This document shows, piece by piece, positions 28,874 through 39,004 of a stretch of DNA of 64,000 nt (the first letter of the stretch is position 1; each line of letters begins with the position of its first letter). This stretch comes from a virus. Taxonomy: Duplodnaviria; Caudoviricetes. The notes under the pieces were generated by a model. The model had not been told where the DNA came from. It worked only from the letters and a program-made list of their open reading frames with translations, and made no database searches. The stretch lies in IMG/VR virus record IMGVR_UViG_3300044675_007236, one strand, 5' to 3'. Position numbers and translations under genes: made by a program.

Positions 28874-29818
28874 TTACTCGAAGTCGACTCGAGCGAGACC
28901 TGAAGTATGACCGATTGTTCCACCGAGCGATTCGTAAGCGAAGAACTCGATGAAGTAAGCTTCACGACGGATGTACATCGTGGTGTCTTCAAGCATATAG
29001 CTCTTACCGATAAACTTAGGATCGGCAAAGTGATACATGGTACCGGTTGGAACCAGACCCTTCTTGATGGTGATGACCCACTTAACACCCATGCATTCGC
29101 TGAGCGTCCAGCCGTTACGCATGATTTCTTCAGACAAATCACCACCCATTTCGTTGCGTGTAAACTTCGCAACGTCTTTAATAGTGATGTTGTTAAGAAG
29201 AACACAGTGAACTTCAAGGTTCGACGGTGTGCTAGGCATAACCTTCAGGCTATCAAACAGCGTATCACGAGTGATACCGCCGGAGATAGTTCTGTACTGA
29301 ACAACACCCGAGGTTGGGACGACGAGGTCAGGGCCAACAAGTGCAGTATTAACCGCGCTGAGGAACTTACCATCTTCTTCAGCCAACATGTCCTTAATAG
29401 CGTTGTCGCTAAGAACCTGACGAATGTCCATGTACCAAGTTCGAAGTTCATCAACGTCTTTGGTGAACTTAGGTGTCGTAATCCGATCAAAGGTAACCTT
29501 GTAACGGTCGCCCTTGATGTAAAGGTTGGTAGGAAGCGTAGCGAAAGGAATCGAAACAGCCGCAGGGCTGTTTGGTTCTTTATCTACGATCTTAACCGGT
29601 TTATCCGTGTCAACCTGACGATCAAGATCGTCGTTGCTGATTGGAATAGGCGGCATGATGCGGCGAAAAAAACCATCTTCCCGCATTTTAGTGCGTGTGA
29701 AGTCGTTAACGGCGTCAACGGCTTGCTTGGTCAAAGAAGCGTCCGCGGAAGAAAGCTTTTCAAAAATCGCCTGGCTTGCCAGCAAGCTTTCTTCGCGAGT
29801 CATTTCAGCAGTAGTCAT
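28874..29818 (-). CDS. Major capsid protein (HK97-like fold)
   Basis: 314 aa; GGAGG RBS, downstream terminator, biased codon use; REDGFFRRIMPP, RITTPKFTKDVDEL, LAEEDGKFL; follows protease, scaffold and decoration genes. Confidence 0.8.
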   Translation of the reverse strand: MTTAEMTREESLLASQAIFEKLSSADASLTKQAVDAVNDFTRTKMREDGFFRRIMPPIPISNDDLDRQVDTDKPVKIVDKEPNSPAAVSIPFATLPTNLYIKGDRYKVTFDRITTPKFTKDVDELRTWYMDIRQVLSDNAIKDMLAEEDGKFLSAVNTALVGPDLVVPTSGVVQYRTISGGITRDTLFDSLKVMPSTPSNLEVHCVLLNNITIKDVAKFTRNEMGGDLSEEIMRNGWTLSECMGVKWVITIKKGLVPTGTMYHFADPKFIGKSYMLEDTTMYIRREAYFIEFFAYESLGGTIGHTSGLARVDFE

Positions 29819-29865
29819 TTTAAACCTCCGTGGTTAACCGGATCTAAGATCCGTTGAAATTAAAG

Positions 29866-30408
29866 TTAGGTAGTTGGAAAAACTGGGAAAGGCCAGAAAG
29901 CCAAAGCATTTTGACCGTAACCGTTGTCAACCACCCCGCGAGAAACAAAGCCAACAATCATGTTGGTGTAAAGTGTGCCACCTCGCAGCTTACCTGGGGC
30001 AGCACTACCCGAAAGGTTTGCCGTCAGCGGTTGATTGATCGCATACGACCCGCTTACGAAAGCAGTGCTAACAAGCTCGTAAGCTCCGATAGCAACCAAA
30101 GCCATGGCTTGACCAGTTGGGCTCATCGGAATGAAAACACCGCGGTCTGTCGAGGCATTGCCGCCTTCGTTAGAAACATCAGGATCGTCCGAGTTGTTAA
30201 ACGAAAACATCGGCATTACCTTGGTGTTACCGACACCAAGAATAAAGTCGCCGCTGGAATTAAGCGAAACAACCGAACCAGCCAATACGGGCAAATCTCC
30301 CGATGGAATAGTCGCAGAAAATTTCGCATGATAGTCAACCGCATTCATTTGCGGCCAACCTTTAAGTGCGTTCAATGTGTTAGCAGTCATTTGCCGTGGA
30401 GCAGGCAT
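29866..30408 (-). CDS. Putative capsid decoration/cement protein
   Basis: 180 aa immediately upstream of MCP; VLAGSVVSLNSSG, ELVSTAF, GQNALAFW pattern; AGGAGG RBS. Confidence 0.55.
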   Translation of the reverse strand: MPAPRQMTANTLNALKGWPQMNAVDYHAKFSATIPSGDLPVLAGSVVSLNSSGDFILGVGNTKVMPMFSFNNSDDPDVSNEGGNASTDRGVFIPMSPTGQAMALVAIGAYELVSTAFVSGSYAINQPLTANLSGSAAPGKLRGGTLYTNMIVGFVSRGVVDNGYGQNALAFWPFPVFPTT

Positions 30409-30450
30409 TTGTAAATCCTCCTGGATTTTGATTGATGGCTAAATACGTAA

Positions 30451-30879
30451 TTAAGAACCTGGTGCTTGCAAAACACGCAGGAGAGCAATGTCAGAAGCCT
30501 TCTTTTGTGAAGAATGCCGTCCAACGTACGGATCGTTAAGACTGCTGTAATTTGCAGTTTTAACAACAGGGTCGTTAACAGGTTGGCCGAGCTCGCCAGC
30601 TAGTTTTTCATGTTGACCGCGATATTCGGCCATCTTTGTAATAGCAGTAACAAGCAAGTCCAGCGTTTGACCGTGGTCGGCAAGCATTGAGGCAGCGGCC
30701 TGCTTTTCATGCTTACCGGCACAGCCGTGTTGCAACATATGATCTAGAACAGTTTGCTGCTTAGAAGCAGCCGACTTTTCTTGAGCTCGATAACGTTGCG
30801 TATCACCAACCAATCGATCAGCAAGTACCGACGACGCGGCAATGTACTGAATCATCATCGAGGCAATTTTGGTGTTCAT
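30451..30879 (-). CDS. Putative internal head/scaffold protein (KxA-rich)
   Basis: 142 aa helical; KIAS, KSAA, KQAA, KTAN, KKAS. Confidence 0.6.
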   Translation of the reverse strand: MNTKIASMMIQYIAASSVLADRLVGDTQRYRAQEKSAASKQQTVLDHMLQHGCAGKHEKQAAASMLADHGQTLDLLVTAITKMAEYRGQHEKLAGELGQPVNDPVVKTANYSSLNDPYVGRHSSQKKASDIALLRVLQAPGS

Positions 30880-30909
30880 AAAGGAATGTCTCCAGTTTTG
30901 AAATTGAAA

Positions 30910-32226
30910 TTAAGAACGAGAACGGCTCAAGACTTCTTGAATGTAGTCTCGTACTTGTTGTTTAGCGGCTCCCTTTTTAGCAGCTGCAGCTTTGGCATGC
31001 GCCTCAACTTCCATCCCCGGAGCAGCTTCGGCTTTTTCCTTTTCAGGAGGGGCACCTGCTGGAGCTCCGGGAGGCGTACCACCGGCAGCATCGGGAGGCA
31101 TACCACCGCCAGCACCGCCACCAGCCATGGCTGCTTCTAGTTCTTCCGGCGAAATTCCTAGCTGCTCGAGCAAGGCAATAAGCTGCTCGATGTCAGCCTC
31201 ACCGCCACCAGCCATAGCTGCAGCATCGCCCGGAGGTCCGCCAGCGGCCATCGCAGGGTCCATGCCTGGGTCCATGCCAGGAGCACCGCCGCCACCCATA
31301 GCTGCAGGATCAATGCCACCGGGCATTTCACCCATAGCTTGCTTTTGAATTTCTCGCGTATACTCAGTTAGAAACGAAGCAACTTTGTCGGCGTCGTCTG
31401 AAGCCACTTTAATAATTTGCTCGAGTGAATGACTAACCAAGGCATCCGCGGCCTTCTTATCGAAGTTGCCGCTAAGCAATCCGGCTAGTTCCCACCCGGC
31501 TTGAGAAGCCGCGTCGACAGCTGACTTTTCGTCGTCATCGTCGTCATCGTCGTCAGACTTTTCACCACTTCGAAGAGCCGACAAATCAGAACCGTCAATT
31601 TTGCCGTTGTTGTTAACGTCAAGTTTCCCTTGTGCTCCGGTCAGCTCGGCTTTCTTAAGCAAAGCCAACTGAGCCAAAAGCTCGTTTCCAAGCTGGGCGG
31701 TGTAACTTGAAAGCTTTTCAATTGACATTGAAGCATACTTGTAACCGTCTAGTTCGCCGTTGTTGGTTCGAGCAGGGTGGCTCGTATTACCTAAACGACC
31801 GCCAGCCGCGTCTTCCTTTTCAGCCTTAGCCGAGCCAGTTTCAACACCTGGATCTTCGCCAGTAGGTTGCTTCTTTGTTCCGATTTGAAGTTGGTCGCCT
31901 GCTGCGGTTCCTGGCGGATTAACAGAACCGTCTTCAGACTTGCCGTCAACGGCTCGCTTAGCGGCAGCTTTTTTTGCGGCAATATTGTCAGAAGTGCTGT
32001 CGACAGAGGGCTTACCTTGGTCAGCCTTAACATCAGCGGTATTCTCGGCAGAGCGATCGCCTTCGGAAGCTTCTTCTGTCGAGTCGTCGACATCCTTAAC
32101 AGGGTGAGTTGTGGCACCGCCGATGCTACCCGGCTCAGTGTGAGCTTCAGCGGCATACTTGACATTGCTTTTAACTGCCTGCAAGAATTGTTCGATTGTT
32201 GCTATCGAGTTTGCAGATTTGGACAT
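30910..32226 (-). CDS. Putative capsid scaffolding protein
   Basis: 438 aa low complexity, acidic/Gly-Ala-Pro rich, between protease and MCP; EF-hand-like DVNNNGKIDGSD; many KxA motifs. Confidence 0.6.
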   Translation of the reverse strand: MSKSANSIATIEQFLQAVKSNVKYAAEAHTEPGSIGGATTHPVKDVDDSTEEASEGDRSAENTADVKADQGKPSVDSTSDNIAAKKAAAKRAVDGKSEDGSVNPPGTAAGDQLQIGTKKQPTGEDPGVETGSAKAEKEDAAGGRLGNTSHPARTNNGELDGYKYASMSIEKLSSYTAQLGNELLAQLALLKKAELTGAQGKLDVNNNGKIDGSDLSALRSGEKSDDDDDDDDEKSAVDAASQAGWELAGLLSGNFDKKAADALVSHSLEQIIKVASDDADKVASFLTEYTREIQKQAMGEMPGGIDPAAMGGGGAPGMDPGMDPAMAAGGPPGDAAAMAGGGEADIEQLIALLEQLGISPEELEAAMAGGGAGGGMPPDAAGGTPPGAPAGAPPEKEKAEAAPGMEVEAHAKAAAAKKGAAKQQVRDYIQEVLSRSRS

Positions 32227-32255
32227 TAAATACTCCTTGATCTACGGTTAACCGT

Positions 32256-34880
32256 TTACACGCTAAAAAGTTGATTCTGACAGACGGCAAGCCGTGCTGT
32301 CAACGGGAAGTTCGGATTACAAGCAGCTGAACGCCAAAGGGCAGCCAGCTTGTACATTGCATAGTCTTTAGCTAACGCTTCGCCTTCTGTGTTGCATTCT
32401 GCGAGCTTCTCATAATGACAAATTTTAGGGGTTTGATAATTTCGACAACAGCCCAACAAGCTTCTCTTATAAACAGATTCTTTAGAAAAAGAGAAATCTT
32501 CTGAAAAAGAAGCAGCTAGTAGATTAGCATTTGCTGTAGCTATTTTATCAATTAACGCAGAAGGTGATCGCTCTATACGTAAAGGCAGCGTCTCATCGGA
32601 TGCCATTTTGCTGTAAATAGCAGGCAAAACAGCTTGTGCAGTTTTAAGGTGTTCTTCGGTTTTGGTTAGTCTACTGTAATCAGCGAGACTAAGAAAAATA
32701 CAACGATCTGCCATAGCAGCCAGTTGGCTATCACAAGCAGCAGAGCCAAACGCTGCAAGTTTCTCTACAGGAAAAGGTTTTGTCAGTATGCCTACAAGCA
32801 AACTATCCGGTACGTTTGCAGCACCTTCCATAGAGGCAAGGGCATAGCCGAGTCGGATTTGAGACGCGGTTTTCTCTGACCAAAACCCGTGTTGGCCGGA
32901 CTGATAGAGGATTACATCAAGCGGCGCAGTAGAAGTGCTAGCCAGCTTAATATAATCCTGAAGTTCAAATACGCCGGAATCTGAAGCAGCTTTCGTGAAG
33001 TAATCGGCCTTAGCTCCGTAAGCAATACGATCAGCCGGTCTAAACACACGTGAAATATCAAACCACGTTGGATCTGGATTATCGACATGAAGATGGTGTA
33101 AGTCGCCAGCTACTTTGACCAATCGAGTAAGATTGTTTTTACAACCACCGGCTGCACACTTCTCGCTAGTGCAATACTCGTCGCGAGTTCTCGCTGCATG
33201 TTTGCAGAACGAGCAAATATCGTTAGGCACGCGGCAATTGTGGCTGACAAAACCGCCAAGACTGTAGGACTCGTCTTCCTCGACTTCGAAGTTATATGTT
33301 TCGACATCCGTTACGTCTCTACTTTCAATATCAGCTATTCTGTAAGCGTAACGTTGGTCAGGACAAATCCGCATAGCTGCAGGTTTTTCTCGTAGCTGTT
33401 TTCTAGTTAACGTGTAGCTGGCGGCCTTCTGAGATCCTGAAGCCAACTGCCACAAATCTAAATGGCTAACATTTAACGTATATTCTATCCCGCTATTTTC
33501 GTAACCGCTATTTTCACAAAGTGCGTGATCTATACGATAAATAGAAGTTGGAATGCCTACTGAGGCCAGCAAATCCCTGCCCTGTAGAACTAAATGCACG
33601 TTAGCGGAAGAAAAGTGCCCACCTTTGGCATCAGTCCAACCATCGCCGTCCAGCCAAGCGCCTAAAAAAGCTAACTTTATTTCGGTAGCAGCGTTAAATA
33701 TTTCTGGCGGTATGCGTTTATTTTTACAGCCTCGGCCAACATACTGTCTTAAAAACTCAGAAAATTCGGTGCTGCGAACGATAACAGCTAAAGCTGCGTT
33801 GCTATTCTTTTTAGGCTCAATACTGACGGTTATGTCGGGGTAAAGAATTTCAACCAACCTAGGTAAACGTCTTGGAAGCGAATCTGTAAGATTGCAAGTA
33901 AACTCCGTACTACAGGCTTTTTCGCCGTTGTAGCTAAAACTACCTTCTGCCAAGTAATAACCTAATATAGCCGCAAGCGTCGGACAGCTCAAAGCAGCAT
34001 AACCGTTAAAACGCGTTACAGGCTGATAAAAAAACCTGTCGCCTTTTTGCAAATGCTCCGCGTGAGTCCAGGCTGCAGGCTCGGCATCAAAAGCTTTTGT
34101 GTCTTTAAAATAACGTCTGGCTTTACCTTTAACGCTACTAGCAGCACATGCAAATGTCTTTGCCAACATTGGGTGGTCGGCAGTTAACTCCAACGGTAAA
34201 GGCAATCCGTTGCATTTAAAAGTGTACGCTTTACCGGTATATCTACGTCGATTAGTACCAGTTACTCGACGCCAGCGGCCTTTGTGCGTCCAAACATACA
34301 TACCTGTTTTAATTTCAGCGATGGATAGATAGCCCTGATCTCTGGTCAAAACAGGATAAGTCGGATCCAGTACACAAGCCATGCTGACCGGGAAATCCTC
34401 TCCTCGAGCAATCTTTTCTACCTCAGTATCCGCTACCAAACCACCGTTACGGTCGGCGGCAGCCTTAGTGGCATTCAAAGCACAGAGAAGTTCAACACGC
34501 CGCATATCATCGTTGTACGCTGAAGCTTTCACGTGTCCATAAAACGGATCGCCACGTTCTGGCTTGTTTTTATGGTTTCGAAAAAACTTAGCAAACTTTA
34601 CAAACGTATCGTGATACTTTTTGCAAGTAGCTTCTTTGAAAGCATCACCGTTGCGATTAGGCCCGTAAGCCTCGCTAGCTCCTAACGCAATTAAGTGAAC
34701 AGGTATCTCGTCACTTGCAAACTTGTAATTGTCAATCTGCGGCAAAAAAGAATGACTAGCCGTCTTAAGAAAATCACGACGGTCATTGCCGATAAGCCCG
34801 CGGCTACCGATTTTAACAGGCACAACAATTTGCCTGTCGAACTCCCAACCTGACGGCGATACAAACTTGATATGAGCCAT
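32256..34880 (-). CDS. Putative prohead (HK97/assemblin-type) protease with intein
   Basis: 874 aa; GPNRNGDAF, candidate catalytic His103 (FRNHKN) and Ser166 (PVSMA); after splicing 494 aa with VSMA-CRVPNDICSFC. Confidence 0.65.
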   Translation of the reverse strand: MAHIKFVSPSGWEFDRQIVVPVKIGSRGLIGNDRRDFLKTASHSFLPQIDNYKFASDEIPVHLIALGASEAYGPNRNGDAFKEATCKKYHDTFVKFAKFFRNHKNKPERGDPFYGHVKASAYNDDMRRVELLCALNATKAAADRNGGLVADTEVEKIARGEDFPVSMACVLDPTYPVLTRDQGYLSIAEIKTGMYVWTHKGRWRRVTGTNRRRYTGKAYTFKCNGLPLPLELTADHPMLAKTFACAASSVKGKARRYFKDTKAFDAEPAAWTHAEHLQKGDRFFYQPVTRFNGYAALSCPTLAAILGYYLAEGSFSYNGEKACSTEFTCNLTDSLPRRLPRLVEILYPDITVSIEPKKNSNAALAVIVRSTEFSEFLRQYVGRGCKNKRIPPEIFNAATEIKLAFLGAWLDGDGWTDAKGGHFSSANVHLVLQGRDLLASVGIPTSIYRIDHALCENSGYENSGIEYTLNVSHLDLWQLASGSQKAASYTLTRKQLREKPAAMRICPDQRYAYRIADIESRDVTDVETYNFEVEEDESYSLGGFVSHNCRVPNDICSFCKHAARTRDEYCTSEKCAAGGCKNNLTRLVKVAGDLHHLHVDNPDPTWFDISRVFRPADRIAYGAKADYFTKAASDSGVFELQDYIKLASTSTAPLDVILYQSGQHGFWSEKTASQIRLGYALASMEGAANVPDSLLVGILTKPFPVEKLAAFGSAACDSQLAAMADRCIFLSLADYSRLTKTEEHLKTAQAVLPAIYSKMASDETLPLRIERSPSALIDKIATANANLLAASFSEDFSFSKESVYKRSLLGCCRNYQTPKICHYEKLAECNTEGEALAKDYAMYKLAALWRSAACNPNFPLTARLAVCQNQLFSV
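33237..34376 (-). mobile_element. Intein with LAGLIDADG homing endonuclease (380 aa) in protease
   Basis: Begins CVLDPTYPVLTRDQG, block C LGYYLAEGS, block E FLGAWLDGDG, ends YNFEVEEDESYSLGGFVSHN followed by +1 Cys. Confidence 0.92.
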
Positions 34881-34892
34881 GTTGGTTCCTGT

Positions 34893-36041
34893 TTAAGGCT
34901 TAGTTGCTGCGGGCGTTAAATCACGTAGCTGCTGCGTCGCTTGTTGTTGTGCGGCCAGATCTTTTCTATACTGTAGTAGACTCCAAATAGCACCGATAGC
35001 TGCCGGAATACCGCTAACGCCAAATCGAGCTAAATTACCGCGAATGACAGGCGAAAACTTATGACCAGGTTGTTTAGGTACGTTGCTAAAAATGTTTTTA
35101 TTACTTGCAACTGTTGCAGCTTGTTCCGCTTTTGCCGGGTCAACACTCTGAATATACCCGGAAAGACTTGCAGCTGTTGGTTGTAAGGTGCGGGGTAAAT
35201 TGGCAGCCAATATGTTAGTCATTTCGCGTTGCTGCTGGGCGTTTAATGGTTGTAAATTTGCGGCGTAATTGGCTAGTTGAAATTGCTGCGTAGATCCTCC
35301 AGTAAGCTTAGGGTGCACAAAGTGATTCCAATTGACTGCGTTAGGATTTTGCATCATCCAATGGGCTAAAGCCCGTCGATCTAATCCGTGCAAGCCCGGA
35401 ACTTTACCTAGTAAATAACCTAAGGCTGGGCTAGAACCCGCACCAATGCCTGCTGGTACTAAAGCACCTAACCCAGGACTTGAATTAGCGGTACTTTGTA
35501 AGGCTTTAACTCGATCAGATTTTAGCTCTGCCTCGGTTTTAGGCCCAGCCTGCATCGACTTTTCAGCTAAATCTGTAACTTTGTCTTCGACGCCTTTGGT
35601 AACGCTTCCTGGATTTAGTGCAAGACCTAGCCCACCGCCAAGCAGACCGCCAGCGGTAGCACCCTGTAACAAACGACGTTTCCAGTCTTTCTCTTTACGA
35701 GAAGCAGCCAGACCGCCAGCACCCAGTGCACCAAGACCTGCACCGGCTAAGCCGTAACCGAGCGTGCTACGCAATCCAGGATCGGTGGTGACCCGATCCA
35801 TCCCAGCGTTGTACGTGCCTTTAGCAAGTGAAGCAGCTTGTCCAGGCATAGCTTTAAGTGTATCCAAAAAGCCAGCAGCTTGCTTAACTACTTGCGTACC
35901 GGTAGAGTTCATCACAAAAGTATTCGCAAGAGCTGCGGGCGGCATTCGTTGCACTGAGCCTTGATCCAAAGCTTGCTTCCTAAGCAAAAGCAACTTTAGA
36001 CCTTGCTCGTAAGAAATATTAGCTAAGGATACTGGCTTCAT
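34893..36041 (-). CDS. Glycine-zipper-containing putative internal/ejection protein
   Basis: 382 aa; KQAL, KQAA then GLAGAGLGALGAGG and GATAGGLLGGGLG hydrophobic Gly-zippers. Confidence 0.55.
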   Translation of the reverse strand: MKPVSLANISYEQGLKLLLLRKQALDQGSVQRMPPAALANTFVMNSTGTQVVKQAAGFLDTLKAMPGQAASLAKGTYNAGMDRVTTDPGLRSTLGYGLAGAGLGALGAGGLAASRKEKDWKRRLLQGATAGGLLGGGLGLALNPGSVTKGVEDKVTDLAEKSMQAGPKTEAELKSDRVKALQSTANSSPGLGALVPAGIGAGSSPALGYLLGKVPGLHGLDRRALAHWMMQNPNAVNWNHFVHPKLTGGSTQQFQLANYAANLQPLNAQQQREMTNILAANLPRTLQPTAASLSGYIQSVDPAKAEQAATVASNKNIFSNVPKQPGHKFSPVIRGNLARFGVSGIPAAIGAIWSLLQYRKDLAAQQQATQQLRDLTPAATKP

Positions 36042-37326
36042 TTCGCATCAACTGGGTTGGATTACTTTGGGTACGACGTAGGCCTTCTTCTAGCTTAAGG
36101 GTTTCACCCAATTCAAACGGTTCAATGTTACCCATGAGCCGTTTGCGAAGCAACGGGCCAAGTGCTGAGGGTTGGTCCGCAAGCCTAGGAGAAAGCTGAA
36201 CAAGTTCGTTGTAAGCGTTTAAAACCTGGTCTGGTTCGTACTCGCTAACTGGGTTTTCCGGATCACTCATCATCTGAGTTAAAGCCGTTTGAGCTCGGAT
36301 CTTACGAAGTTCGTTTAAGTGATCAGGACTGTCAAGGTTTTGGATTTCAGATTCCAAAGCCGACTGACCGCCCTGAGCTACAGACTCCCCCAGATTTTTC
36401 GCTGCCCCCATTCCGAAACCACCGGCGACACCGCCTATGATCGAACTCAGGTTTGCTTGCTTAGTTGTCTCAGGCTTGAGCTTGGCATACAAATCGTCAG
36501 CTACTTTAGTTGCTTTGGCCGCGACAACAATTTGCTTTGCAAGTTTGTCTTCAGCTGCTGCAAGCTTTTCAGCTTGAGCTATACAGTCGTCAATCAAAAC
36601 GTAGGGAGCCGCTGTGCGATTTACAGGAGCTTGAAAACCTGCCCATGTTGGCTTGTGATCCGAAGCTTTCTTTTCGTTTGGAAACCTAGAAGCGACGTAA
36701 CGCATAAGTGCACTACCTGGAGCTCCGTAATACACACCAGCGGCGTGTTCAACTTGAGCAAGCGGTAGTCTGTCATAAGCAGATTTTTGAAAATACGAAA
36801 CAAGCAAATGCAACTTGTAGTTAAGTAAGTCTTCAGACGCTACCTTTTCCCGGTTAGCATCCTGCACAAGTCGCTGCTGATAATCTTTACCGTCAAAAGC
36901 TTTCTTAATATTGACGTCTTGTTGATAAACAGGATCAAAAGAAGCGACCTTTTCGGTAATGCCTAAATCCGCTTTTAGCAAACTGCTTTTATCGGCGTAA
37001 GTGCGAAACTTAGGCTTAGCAGTAGAAACGTGTGCAACCTTTTCCTTGGAGCTACCCCAAAGTTGATTATGCACTGTGTCGTAGTCCGCAAGCGGAAAGT
37101 TTGCAAGCTTATCTAAAACGCTCGTGTTAGCTTCCCACTGGGCAAGCTGACGCCCGGTGTTAAAAGCGTTACAAGCCGCTTTGAGAAAACCAGGAGTAAA
37201 ACTCAATTCCTGTGCCACTTTGTGCATTGCGTCATTTGGCGACAGCTCCCGGTTATCAACCAAGTCTACAGCCTTTTTAACGCCCGCCATGAGCAGCTCT
37301 TCATCTTGTCTACTTAGGTTTTCCAT
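36019..37326 (-). CDS. Putative internal head protein (KxA-rich)
   Basis: 435 aa; KVAH, KVAS twice, KSAY, KKAS, KLAA, KQAN followed by IIGGVAGGFGMG. Confidence 0.55.
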   Translation of the reverse strand: MENLSRQDEELLMAGVKKAVDLVDNRELSPNDAMHKVAQELSFTPGFLKAACNAFNTGRQLAQWEANTSVLDKLANFPLADYDTVHNQLWGSSKEKVAHVSTAKPKFRTYADKSSLLKADLGITEKVASFDPVYQQDVNIKKAFDGKDYQQRLVQDANREKVASEDLLNYKLHLLVSYFQKSAYDRLPLAQVEHAAGVYYGAPGSALMRYVASRFPNEKKASDHKPTWAGFQAPVNRTAAPYVLIDDCIAQAEKLAAAEDKLAKQIVVAAKATKVADDLYAKLKPETTKQANLSSIIGGVAGGFGMGAAKNLGESVAQGGQSALESEIQNLDSPDHLNELRKIRAQTALTQMMSDPENPVSEYEPDQVLNAYNELVQLSPRLADQPSALGPLLRKRLMGNIEPFELGETLKLEEGLRRTQSNPTQLMRNEASILS

Positions 37327-38317
37327 CTTTTATCTCCGTACGACGGAATATACTCTCGTCTACGCCTTGTAGCCCTGCGTTAATTTGTCTACCAGCCCCG
37401 ACGGCCATAACCTCAGAACTGTCTAATTCGGCTGCCTGTTCATCATACTGCCCCAAAGGTGTATCGGCATATAGCTTTTTACCTTCGTCACCGACAGTCC
37501 AAGGAATTTCAGGCAACATAGCGTTAACGTGTTTCTCGAACTCATTGTGCCGAGCTTGTTTATCGTCAACACGTTGTTGAATCTCGAGCAACTTAGCGTG
37601 TACTACAAACAGTTCCATAACATTGAAACTGTTAACGCGAAACTGGCCTGCAGCCTGTGCACTCTTGCGACGAATTTGATTGCTCCACTGAGTATCAAGC
37701 CAAGATTCAATCTCATCTGGTCTTTCGACTTTGACGCCTTTTTTAAATCCGCTCAACATAAAGTCACAAAGCAGCGGTCCGCCATAATACGCAAAGAATT
37801 TAAGCGTCATATCGAAATGGGGCTTAATCTCAAACTTCGGTTTTTTATCGTCTCCGTTTTCTTCGTTGACGTCTACAAACCTATCAGAAGCCGGAATAAG
37901 AACGTTTCGAAGTATCCAGTCACTGTGCCGTAAAAAGTCTTTTACGTTAAAAAACAGCTTTTCATACCACTGAATTGTCTCAGGAATGGTTTTGTTTTCT
38001 TCCGCGATTTCCTCGTACGACATGCCTGCTAAAAGCCTGGCTTCAACGACCAAAGACATTTCCGGGTCATTTAGTCGACTGACAAACATATTGTGGGCGT
38101 AGTACAACCCAGGATTCTCGTACAGAAGAGCTATACGCTTAGAACCGCCCTTATTGTAATCAAACAAATAAGACCGATAGCCTCGAATCCATTCGTCGTC
38201 ATATCGTTTGCAGCGTTCTGGCGGCCAAGCTGCAAGCATAGCCAAAACTCGTTCGTGCCGCCAAAAAGGCTGCAAGAAAGGGTCGGCTAAGCGTACATTG
38301 TTGTAGACTCTAAGCAA
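37310..38317 (-). CDS. Hypothetical protein with HTH-like segment (possible small terminase)
   Basis: 335 aa; EARLLAGMSYEEIAEENKTIPETIQWY resembles an HTH; TTG start with GAGG upstream; function is a guess. Confidence 0.4.
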   Translation of the reverse strand: MLRVYNNVRLADPFLQPFWRHERVLAMLAAWPPERCKRYDDEWIRGYRSYLFDYNKGGSKRIALLYENPGLYYAHNMFVSRLNDPEMSLVVEARLLAGMSYEEIAEENKTIPETIQWYEKLFFNVKDFLRHSDWILRNVLIPASDRFVDVNEENGDDKKPKFEIKPHFDMTLKFFAYYGGPLLCDFMLSGFKKGVKVERPDEIESWLDTQWSNQIRRKSAQAAGQFRVNSFNVMELFVVHAKLLEIQQRVDDKQARHNEFEKHVNAMLPEIPWTVGDEGKKLYADTPLGQYDEQAAELDSSEVMAVGAGRQINAGLQGVDESIFRRTEIKDGKPK

Positions 38318-38328
38318 AGTAAGTACCT

Positions 38329-38997
38329 CTAAACAATCGTGTCAGAACGCAAAGTACAAGCGACTTCAAACGTAAGTACAGTGGCAGTACCTGTAGTTAT
38401 GAACTCAAGCCACAATGCAGAAGTGCGACAACGCATATTAACGTCCTGGTTGTCACGATTCTCGTAGGCTCGATTAATATCAAAAACAAGCTTAGCAGTA
38501 CCAGACAATACGGAATCAGTCAGCACTAAACTGGTAATAGCTGGTTTTGTAGGAATTAGTGGCGGCGTCTGCCAAAGCACAGGTGCCGTATTTGCCGTGG
38601 CTACCGCACCCGCATGACTAACATTCAATACTAGTTGATTTACAGCTGAAACAGCTGTAATAGTGTGCACGGCGTTGTAAGCAGCTACGTTGCAATTTTT
38701 TAGCTCGACGCGATCACCAACGATTAAACCGTGATCTTCTGATGTAGTTATTTGTAGAAAACCACCAACATTAGCGGACCCTGAAACAACACCAGACGCA
38801 GTTACTTCCAAGTCGTTTGCAGCAATACAAGCTCCACGTCTGTCGTACAAGTTAATTGTAGCCGCTGTAGATGTTCCAGCTGTTTGCGTAACAATTAGAC
38901 GATCTAGTTCACCTCTAGGGGGTGCTGGAATTCTTACAAAACCTGCGACACCTCTGGTAAGTACGCACTGAACAGTTCTTGAATAACCCGCTGTCAT
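38329..38997 (-). CDS. Hypothetical beta-rich virion protein
   Basis: 222 aa; LQITTSEDHGLIVGDRVEL resembles a ubiquitin-activating FCCH-like insertion seen in phage structural proteins. Confidence 0.5.
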   Translation of the reverse strand: MTAGYSRTVQCVLTRGVAGFVRIPAPPRGELDRLIVTQTAGTSTAATINLYDRRGACIAANDLEVTASGVVSGSANVGGFLQITTSEDHGLIVGDRVELKNCNVAAYNAVHTITAVSAVNQLVLNVSHAGAVATANTAPVLWQTPPLIPTKPAITSLVLTDSVLSGTAKLVFDINRAYENRDNQDVNMRCRTSALWLEFITTGTATVLTFEVACTLRSDTIV

Positions 38998-39004
38998 GCT
39001 TCAC

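Noticed and set aside
28907-29857. 316-aa plus-strand ORF antisense to the major capsid gene
   Set aside because: It is in exact codon register with the MCP, so it stays open merely because MCP avoids TTA/CTA/TCA; no RBS or motif
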